Part shown: positions 1 to 12,869 of the stretch, one piece after another
How positions within the stretch are numbered: the first letter of the stretch is position 1
Layout of the letters: each line of letters starts with the position of its first letter
From: Octopus sinensis
Taxonomy: Eukaryota
DNA length: 64,000 nucleotides
Reading direction: 5' to 3'
Assembly (NCBI RefSeq): GCF_006345805.1
Contig: NC_042999.1
Coordinates: 116,560,001-116,624,000 of the forward strand
Notes under the pieces: model-generated
Database searches by the model: none
What the model was told of the DNA's origin: nothing
The model's input: only the letters and a program-made list of their open reading frames with translations
Position numbers and translations under genes: made by a program

Positions 1-373
1 ATTGGCTGTTTGTTAATCTTTAATTTTTTGTTCTTTTACTTCTTTGAGTCATCGGATGTGGCAATGGTGGGGGTCCTACTTTTAAAGGTTCGTCAATAAT
101 ATCTATGTTTTACTTCTAGGTGGTATTGTTTTATTGAACTTTATTTATCGAATGACTTAGTTACATTATAAGATAAAGGAAGCAACCTGGCGCACGCTTT
201 ATATCTGCATACATAGACCGACTCTCATATTTGCTTACATGCTCACACATATACACACATACATTTCCAAAGCATATTAATTACAAAAGAACGGGAATTA
301 TGCAACCATATTCGCTTGGTGATTACGTTATTCCTATTTGTAGTCATTTATTGATTAATATTATTTAATTATC

Positions 374-533
374 TCACCTGTCTTTACTTTCTAAGTTCAA
401 ATCCCGCCGAGGTCGACTTTGCTTTCATCCTTTCGGGGTCGATAAATTAAGCACCAGTTGCATACTGGGGTCGATCTTATCGATTGGTCTCCTCCCCCAA
501 AATTTAGTGGAGCTTGTGCCTAGAGTAGAAAAG
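374..533 (+). mobile_element. SINE family A (GGCGGCGAGCTGGCAGAA-head family), 5'-truncated copy with 17-bp TSD
   Basis: Core GTTCAAATCCCGCCGAGGTCGACTTTGC..CATCCTTTCGGGGTCGATAAATTAAG matches copies at 5159 and 53727. AATATTATTTAATTATC is repeated at 357-373 and 534-550. Confidence 0.8.
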
Positions 534-799
534 AATATTATTTAATTATCGTTTGGTTTATATTGGAGTCCAGAGAAAAGAACGTCGATGAATGTGTACT
601 ACATCATCACTGGAGTTAATGAATACTGCGCATTATCAATATACTGAATTTTTACAACCGGTTAGTGATTCTGCCATTTTGGTTTTGTCTTAGGATGGGA
701 CCAAGGTTTATTAAAGAACATCAAGTTGTACATTTTAGAGGCCAGAGGTGAGAGAGAAATTCCATTGTAGTTCTGAAGCAAGTAAGGTTACTTTTGTAT

Positions 800-1860
800 G
801 GAAATGAAATAACTGAAGACTTCGAAAACGCTACAGATTCTCCAAGCAAAATGCATCAAACATATATGAGGATTTGATAGTGTCAACAGCAAGTCATGTT
901 ACATATCCTGTTGAATTATGGTATTCTAATCGAGATTGTCAAAGCTTTCACCATCATGGACGAAGATTCATCAAACATTATACAAAGCACTAGCAGTCCA
1001 CTTAAATAAATACCAACAACAGTAATCTATCAGAGTTACCCTCTCTTTGTGATTGTAGTGAACTACATTCTTAAGCAAAGTTTTGATTCTATTCAATATA
1101 ACGAACTCCTCATCAAGCAGAATTGATCAAGACCTCACCAGTTCCTATATTCTTTTAACCATGAATGTATTCATGATCTTACTCTCAACACTTAGGAACT
1201 GTGCAACGTGCAAGACTTGTTAACGTATCTTGGGAAACTGCAGCGAAAGTTGAACTGTTTCTCAATGCAAAGATGACTGTATACATGGTCATCAATGAAG
1301 ATGAAAGCCACTTGCCAATTTGTTCCACGATGGTACACAACTCTAAAAGATCAGAGACTTTAAGTATCTTTGGGTCTATGCTGCTGCTAATCAAAATGTC
1401 TTACAGGTAGGGAATTAACTTAGAATATAACAAGCTTCAAAACATCTAGCAGTAAAGTACTTCGAAATCAGTAAGTCTTGCTATTTTCAGGCCTTATCTA
1501 GAAAGCATTCTTCTCTATTGAATCAAAATCAGGAGTATCAAGAAGGAACTGCAAGATCACCTTCATGGTATATTCAACAGGCTTATTATGAAATCGTGAA
1601 ACGTCTGATATTGTGAACATATATGATGGGCGATCGTAATGTTTCCGACCAGCAAATTCGTCAACCAGGGACCACAGTAGAAAGAATTTGTCAACCAGGG
1701 ACCACAGCAGAAAGAATTGACCAAGTTGCTGTAAAGTGGGATCGGTCTCGGAATCATTTGCTTACAAAGTGAACTTCTAGATGATACTGTTACACCTTTT
1801 AAGACTAGACCTAAATTGTTCAAAGATACGAGCTAAGTTTTATGAGACTGAGGTTGAAAG
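800..1860 (+). mobile_element. Decayed RTE/RTE-X-like LINE reverse-transcriptase remnant
   Basis: Frameshifted RT motifs appear in the expected order: DFENATDS (DFxKAFDS), YGILIEIVKAFTIM, PLFVIVVNYIL, AAKVELFLNAKMTVYM, DFKYLGS, KLFKDT. There are many stops, and the end is approximate. Confidence 0.6.
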
Positions 1861-2886
1861 TTATCAGAAATAGGATATCAATAACAATATCTTATACAAC
1901 CAAAGAAATTATTAAATATATTGCTAAATTGATATTTCAACTTTATTATTATTATTTGTGAAAACAGCAGTATTTTTTAAAATTATTCTTTAATTAGAAA
2001 AATAATTTATTCTGCTTGGGTTTGTTTTCTCAACGGAATTTTTTAATTTCAGCTTCTTTCTTTCTTTCTCCCCCCCCCCCCTCTCCTCGCCAGAAACGGT
2101 CAGAAAAGATTTCAATAAAAAATGTGTCATTGCCTCTCGGGACACCATTTTCCCTTCATTTCGACTGGAATTAGCGTCCTGAGGTACTCAATCTCCATTT
2201 AGTCATAACATGAAATATTTCACTAGCGAACTTTTCACTGGTAGTTGACAGAGGAAAAGGGTGATTGGGGAATGGTCGAAAGAAAATACATAAGTTATGC
2301 CTGGTGTGGTTTGTTCATTTCAGTCTTCTGGGTTTAGTTTTGGCCTGAAACTCGATAATCTTGGGAGACTTGGCAGAAGCACATACGTATACTTATGCTA
2401 TGATTGAATTTGAACTTAACATAAGTTGCCAATTACACGTATGCACAAAAGTCTCATATATATATGTTTAATATTCAGAAATTATCAGAAGTAGGTTGAC
2501 AAAGTTACATTCTTTGGCTTACTTGCTGCTAACTAAATAACTAGCATTATACTACACACACACACCACACGTATTTCGTGCTGTGCTTAGAAGCGTTGCA
2601 CTTTACCAGAATTTTTCGACTGGGGTCCAGTAGAACAAACCACTTCAAATCCATTTAACACACGCATTTCAGAAGAGAGTGGAAGAGAGTGAAAAGGAAT
2701 TTGTCTTTCAGAATATCTTCTTCAGTTGAAATGACTTAACTGAAGAGAATTTGTAAGAAACGAATTCAATGTCTGTCTCTTGCAAAATGGCTGAAACGCT
2801 CTTACTAAATGCCTTCAAAATGAATTTGGTTTGACTTTAAAGCAATATGCTTATTTAAGAACATACTTACACAGACATATATATAC

Positions 2887-2887
<1 letters not shown>

Positions 2888-2919
<32 letters not shown>

Positions 2920-2996
2920 TGTATGTATGTATGTATGTATGTATGTATGTATGTATGTATGTATGTATGTATGTATGTATGTATGTATGTATGTAT
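2888..2996. repeat. (TATG)n/(CATA)n microsatellite (representative of more than 20 arrays)
   Basis: Direct reading. Others lie at about 3668-3775, 4214-4420, 5910-6050, 6945-7005, 15062-15145, 28700-28885, 30195-30410, 30805-30856, 31358-31502, 32295-32610 and 33325-33450. Confidence 0.95.
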
Positions 2997-3272
2997 ATAA
3001 AGAGAGAGAGGGAGAGGGATGTTAACAGACGAACGGTGTTTAAATTTGCAACAATTGTTTCTATAGAATTTTAGTTAATGCAGTCGTCACAGATTACATC
3101 ATATCATGCAATTACACCATTTTCGTGTATAATTTAAATGGTTACTTTGAGTTCTATATGATTATACCTACCTAATTTCTAGCGTCTTACATGTTGGTGT
3201 GCCTCGATTAATGAATTCTTATAAGAGAATACTGTATGTATGTATGTATGTATGTATGTATGTATGTATAAG

Positions 3273-3310
<38 letters not shown>

Positions 3311-3967
3311 TGTGTGTCTGTGTGTCTGTGTGTATGCGCCCGTGCATTAATATGCGCGTTTCTGATCATTTTACACATACACACTCACTCACACATACAC
3401 GCGCGCACACATGCACATTTAAACCCATATATATGTACATTACATTCGTCCGTTATATCTCCATATTATCGGCTTTACACTCTGTGGGTCTTAGGTTGGC
3501 TTATTGAGTCTATTTTGGCATGAAATCCGCGGTTGAATTGGGGTCAAATTATTGCAGACCTGGTGAGACTCTTACTTTCCGTCCAGATCTCTTCTCTTTA
3601 TCTTCTCTAGTCATAAATAGTTCTGTGTCTCAGAGTAAACAACACTACGCTACAGTGACACACAGACACATGTACATACATACATACATACATACATACA
3701 TACATACATACATACATACATACATACATAAATACATACATACATACATACATACATACATACATACATACATGTATATATGTATGTCTATGTGGTTATT
3801 ATATATATACACACACACATAGATATATTTGTATGTATATATATATATATGTACATACGTATGTATAAAGGTGTACGTATTTATGTGTATGTATGAATGT
3901 ATGTATGCATGTACGTACGTATGTCAATATGTAATTACGCATGTAGGTACATGTGTACATATGTACG

Positions 3968-4049
<82 letters not shown>

Positions 4050-4107
4050 CTTACATATATACATGCATCCATACATATATGTATATATGTGTATATATAC
4101 ATGTATG

Positions 4108-4289
4108 TTATTATTCAGTTTATTTCAAGATTTCATGCCAATAGAGAAAGAACCGGTTTCTAACCTAGATGCAAGGTTTCTTTGGAATTTTAACATCAAC
4201 AACAGGGTATTTTTGTATGTATGTATGTATGTATGTATGTATGTATGTATGTATGTATGTATGTATGTATGTATGTATGTATGTATGTA

Positions 4290-4324
<35 letters not shown>

Positions 4325-5909
4325 ATGTATGTATGTATGTATGTATGTATGTATGTATGTATTATGTATGTATGTATGTATGTATGTATGTATGTATGTA
4401 TGTATGTATGTATGTATGTATGTTCAGATTTGTATATTTTATGTATGTATTCTCATGTATATAGTTATATATTTAGACATGCTCATATATATATTTAAAT
4501 GATAAACTTCTGGAAAGTTTTATAGATTTTTACAGTTCCAGCGATGGATTGGATTTGTAGTCTTCGAATTAACTTTCTCCTTTCTGGTTTAGAGAAGCTT
4601 AATTTTTCATGATTGGTATTTAGGCAGTGTGGTACATATATCAGGGCCCCAATAATTACAGGTATAATCTTGAACGTGTAATCTGGATGGAGAGTAACTG
4701 CAGATTTCTCAATAGTTTAGCATAGGTGTTATCTTTTTCTCTGATCTTCAGCTTTATATTAACATCTGCTGGGCAGCTAATTTCCACGACTGTGCAGTTT
4801 CTCTTCTCTATCCCAAATCATTATCTGGTCTGTTGTGCTTTCATTTTATTGAGGTTTTCACCGGTACATTCCACCAGTATTCCTTTTTATTATGAATGGC
4901 TGTGGCTTCTACCATATTGTGCGTTTTTATTTCTTTGTCCTCAGGATTATCCTTCCGACGGATTACATTACAGAGTCTCCGAGCTACAACGTCATATCTC
5001 ATCAGTAGATAATACCGTGATGATACTTTCGGACAACTGCTTATAACGTGCGTGATATCTTCAGTGTAAACTCAACAAAGTCTGCATCGGTTGTCACATT
5101 TTACGGCTCTTTCCTGCATCTCTATCCCTTTTGTGCATCAGGTACTTGGTTGATATTTTACAGGCGGCGAGCTGGTAGAAACGTTAGCACGCCGGGCGAA
5201 ATGCCTAGCGGTATTTCGTCTGCAATTACGTTCTGAGTTCAATTTCCGCCGAGGTCGACTTTGCCTTTCATCCTTTCGGGGTCGATAAATTAAGTACCAG
5301 TTACGCACTGGGGTCGATGTAATCGACTTAATACCTATGTCTATCCTTGTTTGTCCTCTCTATGTTTAGCCCCTTGTGGGTAATAATGAAATAGGTACTT
5401 GGTTGATATTTCCTGTTCCTGGATTGCAAACACATACCCTTCGAAGTGGGAGGTAGTAATCCGGCTATTTGTCCATGATAAACTGCTTTGATGATCGATG
5501 TTACTGTCATCACGGAGCTTTCTACTAACATATCCATGCATAGTCTTCTGCTCATATAGGCTCATCCTTTCATCGGATGATATGTTGCGGCAGAGTCGTG
5601 CGACTTCTTTGAGCATGTATTCTAGGTTATCAAAGAGTGTGGCTCAGGGAGCTGCCTTCCAAGTCTTATGATATTATCAGCCTCATGTATGCAAACTTGG
5701 TCAAGGAATGCACTTCGACACTTGGTGGTTAAAAGATGTTGCCGGATCTATATGTTGCGACATTCAAAGGCATTTTGGATCGATGTTAAGCCTCTGCCAC
5801 TTTGTTTATGTTTTAGGTAGAGACGGTCTAATTCACTGTTTATGTGGAAATTATGTGTGCTTGTTAATATTTTTCGGGTTTTCACATCAATAGCTCGGAT
5901 CTCATCAAG
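4108..5909 (-). mobile_element. R4/Dong-like RLE non-LTR retrotransposon, 5'-truncated, 3' end intact, interrupted by a SINE
   Basis: Minus-strand translation gives FHINSELDRLYLKHKQSGRGL, MHGYVSRKL, EGYVFAIQEQEISTKYL, the CCHC knuckle CDNRCRLC..EDITHVISSC, RYDVVA, YWWNVPV..HNRPD (RLE), IIPVIIGAL and LIRRLQIQSIAGTVKIYKTFQKF. A 3' UTR with internal (CATA)n follows and ends in (CATA)n. Confidence 0.8.
5159..5392 (+). mobile_element. SINE family A, full length, 19-bp TSD, inserted in the RLE LINE
   Basis: Has a tRNA-like head with B-box GAGTTCAATTTCC. AGGTACTTGGTTGATATTT occurs at 5140-5158 and 5393-5411, and the LINE frame (ISTKYL|MHKRD) resumes across it. Confidence 0.9.
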
Positions 5910-5948
5910 ATGTATGTATATATGCATATATGTATGTATGTATGTATG

Positions 5949-5980
<32 letters not shown>

Positions 5981-6222
5981 TGTATGTATGTATGTATGTA
6001 TGTATGTATGTGCGTGTGAATGTATGTATGTGTTATGTATGCACAACGATCAAGGGAAGGAAACAGAATTCCAGTAGATTTCTTTCCCTTTCCTATTCCG
6101 TTCCGAACTGAGCAAATCAATAGGAAATTGTGTTAGTTACGATTGTGGCCATTTTGAAAGTTTTTTTTCTCACTTCCTGTCGCTGTTGTGACAACGATGA
6201 CGAACAAGGCGCCAATAAATAA

Positions 6223-6278
<56 letters not shown>

Positions 6279-6284
6279 GTAGAC

Positions 6285-6315
<31 letters not shown>

Positions 6316-6348
6316 CAGATAGATAGATAGATAGATAGATAGGTAGAC

Positions 6349-6443
<95 letters not shown>
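6223..6443. repeat. (GATA)n microsatellite
   Basis: Direct reading. Similar GATA/TATC arrays lie at about 3969-4050, 16607-16740, 36523-36570, 50463-50520 and 59636-59785. Confidence 0.95.
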
Positions 6444-6444
<1 letters not shown>

Positions 6445-7067
6445 GGTGGTTAGGTGTTGGTAGTAGGGGATATCTCTTTTAAACGGCTTTTTCACCGAAC
6501 ATTTAATCACAATAATTTACACCGCATAAGCAATGATCTTCGCTTGTGGTCAACCAGTGAGACTACTGTGTGCCACCGATTCTACTGCTGTCCAAGTACC
6601 GCCTATACTTTCTCTCTCCCACTTATTTTCTTTTTATTAATCTTTGTTTCCCTTCTTGTCTTCATTCTTTCTTTTGCTTTCTGTTTCTTTTTTTCTTCTT
6701 ACTTTACTTCTTTCTCCCTTTCACTTACGGTTGTCTACCTAGCGAGACCTCCACTCTAACTTCCACCTTTCTTTCTGCCAGTCGGCCGATTAATAGAGGA
6801 GGTAGTACGGACGGAGAATTATATAACCTTTAACCTGACCGTTACCTGAAATAGTATTAATACACCAGTCAACTTCCTATTTGGTCAATGGAGCAGCAGA
6901 TCATGCGATGTGTAGCTGAAACCGTTCCAGTACATACGCATACATACATAGCAACATACATACATACATAAATACATACATACATACATACATACATACA
7001 TACATGCATACATATACGCACACATATATACATACACATTCACATATATATATATATTATATATATA

Positions 7068-7106
<39 letters not shown>

Positions 7107-7178
7107 TACGTATGTGTGGTGTGTGTGCATATATATTATATATACATACATACATACATACATACATACATACAATAT

Positions 7179-7252
<74 letters not shown>

Positions 7253-7339
7253 GGTGCAAATGGTTTTAATATACGGTGCCGTGTTTTACAATCCTGTAAT
7301 AATAATGGTATTTGTATAAGCTTAAAGCTTATGTCGACC

Positions 7340-7680
7340 ACCGTGCAATGACTAAGGAAAGTAGTCTAACAAAGGGGCATATAAGCCCACGACAGAAAAA
7401 AGAAGGCTTTACTGACCCTCCGCAAATCCCAAATTTTCTTTTGGTTCGCGTGAGCAACTCTTTTCTAGAAAGCACATGTCGTGAATTGCTCGAAATGTGG
7501 AGTAGATAAACAGCCGACAACTGATGAGGGGTCGTTCTTCATATTACTTGTCTTGTTTTCCATTTTTTTCTTTCGTTGTTTGCACACAAAATGTTGACAT
7601 GGTATTTCACTTTTTGTATTTTGTATTTCATGTTGCTTACGTTTTGTGACATCTTGTACCCATATGTGCATGTATATATA
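7340..7680 (+). repeat. Dispersed repeat carrying CGAAA..GACAACTGATGA motif (probably Penelope-like terminal repeat)
   Basis: Homologous copies lie at about 9300-9500, 10000-10190 and 11084-11270 (+), with a related inverted copy at about 7960-8100 (-). The Penelope assignment is inference from the CTGATGA motif. Confidence 0.5.
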
Positions 7681-7725
7681 TGTACATATATGTATGTATA
7701 TATGCATATATATATATGCATATAC

Positions 7726-7797
<72 letters not shown>

Positions 7798-8500
7798 GTG
7801 TAATAAAATAAATATATGCATACATACAAACATATATGTACGTACCTACTTCTACATGTATATATACATGCATATATAAATATATATACGTGTGTACAGG
7901 ACACCACAAATAGACGTAGAACTCAACGAAAAACGAAAAAGTAAAAACAGCATGGAACGGACCATTTTTTTAACAACGAAAAAACAGGGTACAAGACAAC
8001 TACACAAGGAAAAATCCCCTTCATCAGCTGTCCCTAGTTCAACTCCAGCGTGTTTCGAAGGTGAGGACAGAACACGTCTCGTCGAACTAGTCCTTCCTGC
8101 GAAAGAATTGAATAAAATTCCTTTGCAGAGGGGTAAAAACAAGGAAAAAAATGTGACAAAAACAGGACGTAAAAACAATACAATTAAAAACAACTACAAA
8201 ATAAAAATACAATTACAAAAAATACAGAACAGGACAGGAAAACAAATAATGAGGGCCGATAAGCCTAGACGAGGAAAAAATTTTTTTCAGGAGCGCAGGA
8301 AGAAACATGTTTACTTGAAGAAGGCCGCCAGCGAAAAGAAGTTCGTCGACCCGGCTGTGAGAGAGATGAGGAGGAGTGAGAGAGAGAGATAGAGAGGAAG
8401 GAAGCCAAAGAGGGTGAAAGAAAGAGAGAAGAAGGAGTTATAAAGTACATATATATATGTATGTATACATATATGTATATATATATGTATATATGTATAT

Positions 8501-8534
<34 letters not shown>

Positions 8535-8549
8535 ATATATTATATATAT

Positions 8550-8760
8550 ACTCTTTACTCTTTTACTTGTTTCAGTCATTTGACTGCGGCCATGCTGGAG
8601 CACCGCCTTTAATCGAGCCACATGACCCCGGGACTTATTCTTTTGTAAGCCCAGCACTTATTCTATCGGTCCTCTTTTGCCGAACCGCTAAGTAACGGGG
8701 ACTTAAACACACCCAGCATCGTGTCAAGCAATGCTAGGGGGAAAAACACAACACACAAAC
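8550..8760 (-). mobile_element. SINE family C, 3' half
   Basis: The revcomp of ..GGCGGTGCTCCAGCATGGCCGCAGTCAAATGACTGAAACAAGTAAAAGAG tail is shared with 59842-60244. Confidence 0.8.
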
Positions 8761-8791
8761 ACACACACGCATATATATATATACCATATAC

Positions 8792-8822
<31 letters not shown>

Positions 8823-8833
8823 ATATATTATAT

Positions 8834-8877
<44 letters not shown>

Positions 8878-9558
8878 TATAAATAATTATATATATAATA
8901 TCATTATATGATTGAACGCTACGCATCCATTTCCAAGTAAGTTTATCTTAATAATTTTGATGCGACTCTGCTTTGTACTGTTTCTCTTCGTTCCCCCTTC
9001 GTTTCTATCTCTCCTTTCTCTGATTCTTTTTTCTCCCTTTGACCGTTTTCAATCAGCCCCTCTCTCTCTCCCTCTTCCCCCTTTACTCTGTCGCTGCTCA
9101 CACGTGACCATCAGCCATCATTCTTTTCTTCACATGATCATCTTCTCTTTCGGTCTGTCGCACAGACCAGATGCATTCCTATCTGTCTCCTCTCCTGTCT
9201 TATCTACTGTCAAAGAATATTCCTCCAGCATTCGCAGCCTTACCTCGTATGGCCTAGCGGCCTCCACTGTTTATTTTCAGTGTCCTGTTTTTGTTACCAA
9301 ATTGACCCTCCGCAATCCCAAATTTTATTTTGATTCGCGGAAACAACTGTTTTCTCGAAAGAATATATTGTCATGAATTGCTCAAAATGTGGAGTAGATA
9401 AACAGCCGGCAACTGATGAAGGGTCTTTCTTTATGTTACTTTCACGTTTTCGTATTTCATGTTGCTTCCATTTTGTGACGTCCTGTACCCATATGTGCAT
9501 GTATATATACACACACATATATACATATTATATATATATAACATGTATAAAAACATAT

Positions 9559-9591
<33 letters not shown>

Positions 9592-9610
9592 TATATATAT
9601 GTATATATAT

Positions 9611-9780
9611 AGGCGCATGAGTGGCTGTATGGTAAGTAGCTTGCTTACCAACCACATGGTTTTGGGTTCAGCCTCACTGCGTGTACCCTTGGGCAAGTGT
9701 CTTCTACTATAGCCTCGAGCCGACCAAAAGCCTTGTGAGTGGATTTGGTAAACGGTAAATTTAAAGAAGCCCGTCGTTTA
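9611..9780 (+). mobile_element. SINE family C (AGGCGCAGGAGTGGCTGTGTGGTAAG head), 5' half
   Basis: tRNA-like head with A box TGGCTGTATGG and B box GGTTCAGCCTC, matching 49858, 60244 and 63718. Confidence 0.8.
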
Positions 9781-10000
9781 TATATATATAATATTATATA
9801 TATATATATATATATATCTAATATAATATACACAAATATATAGATTATATCTTTATACACATGTGCACACATATATATACAGATAAACACATACATACAT
9901 ACATAACATATATATATATATATGTATGTATATATGTATGTAAATATGTATGTATGTATGTAAGTATGTATGTATGTATGTATGTATGTATATATATCTT

Positions 10001-11373
10001 CTCATGAATTCCTCGAACTACGAAGTAGAAAAACAGCCGACAACTGATGAAGGCTCGTTTTTTTCATATTGTTCGTCTTGTTCGTTTTTTTTTATATTGC
10101 TTGCCTTTCGTTGTTCGCAAAAAAAACGTTCGTATTCCATTTTTTGTATTTAATGTTGTTTACGTTCTGTAGTGTCCTGTGCCTATATATGCATGTGTAT
10201 AAACATATATATGTATGTACATATATATATATATATATGTATATATATGCATATATATTTATATATTATTTATATTATATATATATATATGTGTGTGTGT
10301 GTATGTGTGTGTGTGTGTGTGTGTGAGTGTGTGTGTGTATGTGTGTGTGCGTACATGTGTGCGCGCGTGTGTGTGTGTGTGTATGACTGTGTAGAGGTGC
10401 AGTACTTGTACTTTATTTCATCCTAAGCGATGAAAGGCAAAGATGATCTCAGAGGTTTGAACTCAGAGCGTAATGAGCCAGGACGAAAGAATACCACAAA
10501 GTCACCCTATTGACTCATAGCAAATCGTTTTTTTATTAATATGAAGCAGCGATTTAACAGTGTTGTTTGAATATAACGCCGGGAATATGAAATATCTATT
10601 AGTGTTCAAAAGGATTCAAGGTTAAATGAAATTTTATTGATAGTGGGCGCTGAGGAAGAAAAATGAGTGAGATTCACGGAGAGCCGTGCCAAAAGCTCGT
10701 TTCTCATTTCCATGATTCAGTAAGACGTAATAAGTTAAACTTGTATAGTCCTCACCTAATATATAATCTAGGTGAGGTCAAAATAGAAAAGGGTGCGTTG
10801 TTTACGGGTTATAACATAAAAGTGGTTAAAAGACTACACTATNNNNNNNNNNNNNNNNNNNNNNNNNNNNNNNNNNNNNNNNNNNNNNNNNNNNNNNNNN
10901 NNNNNNNNNNNNNNNNNNNNNNNNNNNNNNNNNNNNNNNNNNTATGTATGTATGTATGTATGTATGTATGTATGTATGTATGTATGTATGTATGTATGTA
11001 TGTATGTATGTATATGTATGTAATGTATGTATGTATGTATGTACATGTGTACGTGCAGGCGTGTATGTATATATATATATCTTCTCATGAATTCCTCGAA
11101 AATACGAAGTAGAAAAACAGCCGACAACGGATGAAGGCTCGTTTTTTATATTGTTCGTCTTGTTCGTTTTTTTTATATTGCTTGCCTTTCGTTGTTCGCA
11201 AAAAAAACGTTCGTATTCCATTTTTTTTTAATGTTGTTTCGTTCTGTAGTGCCTGTGCCTATATATGCATGTGTAATAACATATATATGTATGTACATAT
11301 ATATATATATATGTATATAATGCATATATATTTATATATTATTTATATTATATATATATATGTGTGTGTGTGT

Positions 11374-11404
<31 letters not shown>

Positions 11405-11921
11405 AGTGTGTGTGTGTATGTGTGTGTGCGTACGTGTGTGCGCGCGTGTGTGTGTGTGTGTATGACTGTGTAGAGGTGCAGTACTTGTACTTTATTTCAT
11501 CCTAAGCGATGAAAGGCAAAGATGATCTCAGAGGTTTGAACTCAGAGCGTAATGAGCCAGGACGAAAGAATACCACAAAGTCACCCTATTGACTCATAGC
11601 AAATCGTTTTTTTATTAATATGAAGCAGCGATTTAACAGTGTTGTTTGAATATAACGCCGGGAATATGAAATATCTATTAGTGTTCAAAAGGATTCAAGG
11701 TTAAATGAAATTTTATTGATAGTGGGCGCTGAGGAAGAAAAATGAGTGAGATTCACGGAGAGCCGTGCCAAAAGCTCGTTCTCTATTTCCATGATCAGTA
11801 AGACGTAATAAGTTAAACTTGTATAGTCTCAGCTAGATATATAATCTAGGTGAGGTCAAAATAGAAAAGGGTGCGTTGTTTACGGTGTATAACCATAAAA
11901 GTGGTTAAAAGACTACACTAT
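10001..11921. repeat. About 840-bp direct duplication flanking the gap (10001-10842 vs 11084-11921)
   Basis: Near-identical copies offset by about 1083 bp. The first copy ends exactly at the gap edge. Confidence 0.9.
10843..10942. other. Assembly gap (100 N)
   Basis: Exactly 100 N, typical of a placeholder gap of unknown size. Confidence 0.99.
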
Positions 11922-12869
11922 TTTATAAACAAATATAATATTTTTATGGCTTAGTCACAGGAGGAAGTGCAGTGCCTATGATCCGTTCTTTGGGATCTCC
12001 AAGACTAGTTGAAGAAAGAGAGATGGTTAGAGTGCTTGCGATAGACTTTTCTCTACTAAAGGGATCTAAGGGCCATATGGATTGGCGATGTGGTTCATGA
12101 GGTGGGCCATGTGTTAATGGACAATGGATTCAGTCTGTTACTCTATCACACAAAAATAAGTAGAATCCACTCGACTAGCTTCCAATAATTATTTCCATTT
12201 AAATTTGGGGTAAACCGAGACTATCGTAAAAGACACTTGCCCGAAGTGCCGTGTTGAGCGATCAGATGGTTACATGCGGATATTTTAAACATGTGACAGT
12301 AACAAGAAGGAAGACGATCTTCTTTTCGTAGACACTGTCCCACTTACTTCAAAATCAAACTTGCGCTATCCAATATATGTTGATAAATTTTCTGTCAGTT
12401 TCGATGATGAGCGTTCAGTTGTTCAATCAGCTGAACATTTGATCGTTAAATTAACGCATAAGTCGCTGAATGATTCCAAAGGAACACGTATCCTTAAAGA
12501 AGCTCCAAAGCTGAATCAGCCTGACCCATTATGTGACAAGATTAGATTTTCGAATTACAGGTCCGAGAGGTTTCCACACAGTGTCCGTCTAACCAAGTGG
12601 ACTCGTAAGGTTTGAGTTGACTGGAGACTATGGCTTTGGCAAAGACTCTTGCCCAAATTGCTTTGCAGTGAAATCGAACCCGAAACCTCATCACTACAGA
12701 GTGACCATTTTAACCACTCAGCCATGCCTGCGTCTACAAACAATTCGTAAGATCATTCATTATTGGATATATCTTTATTTTTTACTTGAGATGACAGCTA
12801 TGTCAGGGCACCGCCCCGAGAAAATTCATTGAACGTATTAACTTCAGTACCTTTTTTTTAGCCTGATAC

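Noticed and set aside
812-835. CTGAAGA-CTTC-GAAA hammerhead-like string
   Set aside because: It lies in the RT coding remnant (EDFEN), and stems I and III do not form.
1661-1719. 30-bp tandem duplication
   Set aside because: It is an ordinary slippage duplication within a dead LINE.
2700-2780. CTGAAGA motifs on both strands around a small palindrome
   Set aside because: There is no stem I complement or valid cleavage triplet.
6875-6935. CAGATCA..GAAACCGTTCCA and, at 8310-8345, TTGAAGAAGGCC..GCGAAA
   Set aside because: These are possibly hammerhead fossils, but there are too many core mismatches to support them.
7892-8392. 166-aa Lys-rich ORF
   Set aside because: It is A-rich repeat-derived sequence (antisense of a Penelope-like terminal repeat) with no domain.
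12361-12615. 84-aa non-repetitive ORF
   Set aside because: There is no recognisable family, it has a TTG start, and there are no convincing splice sites.
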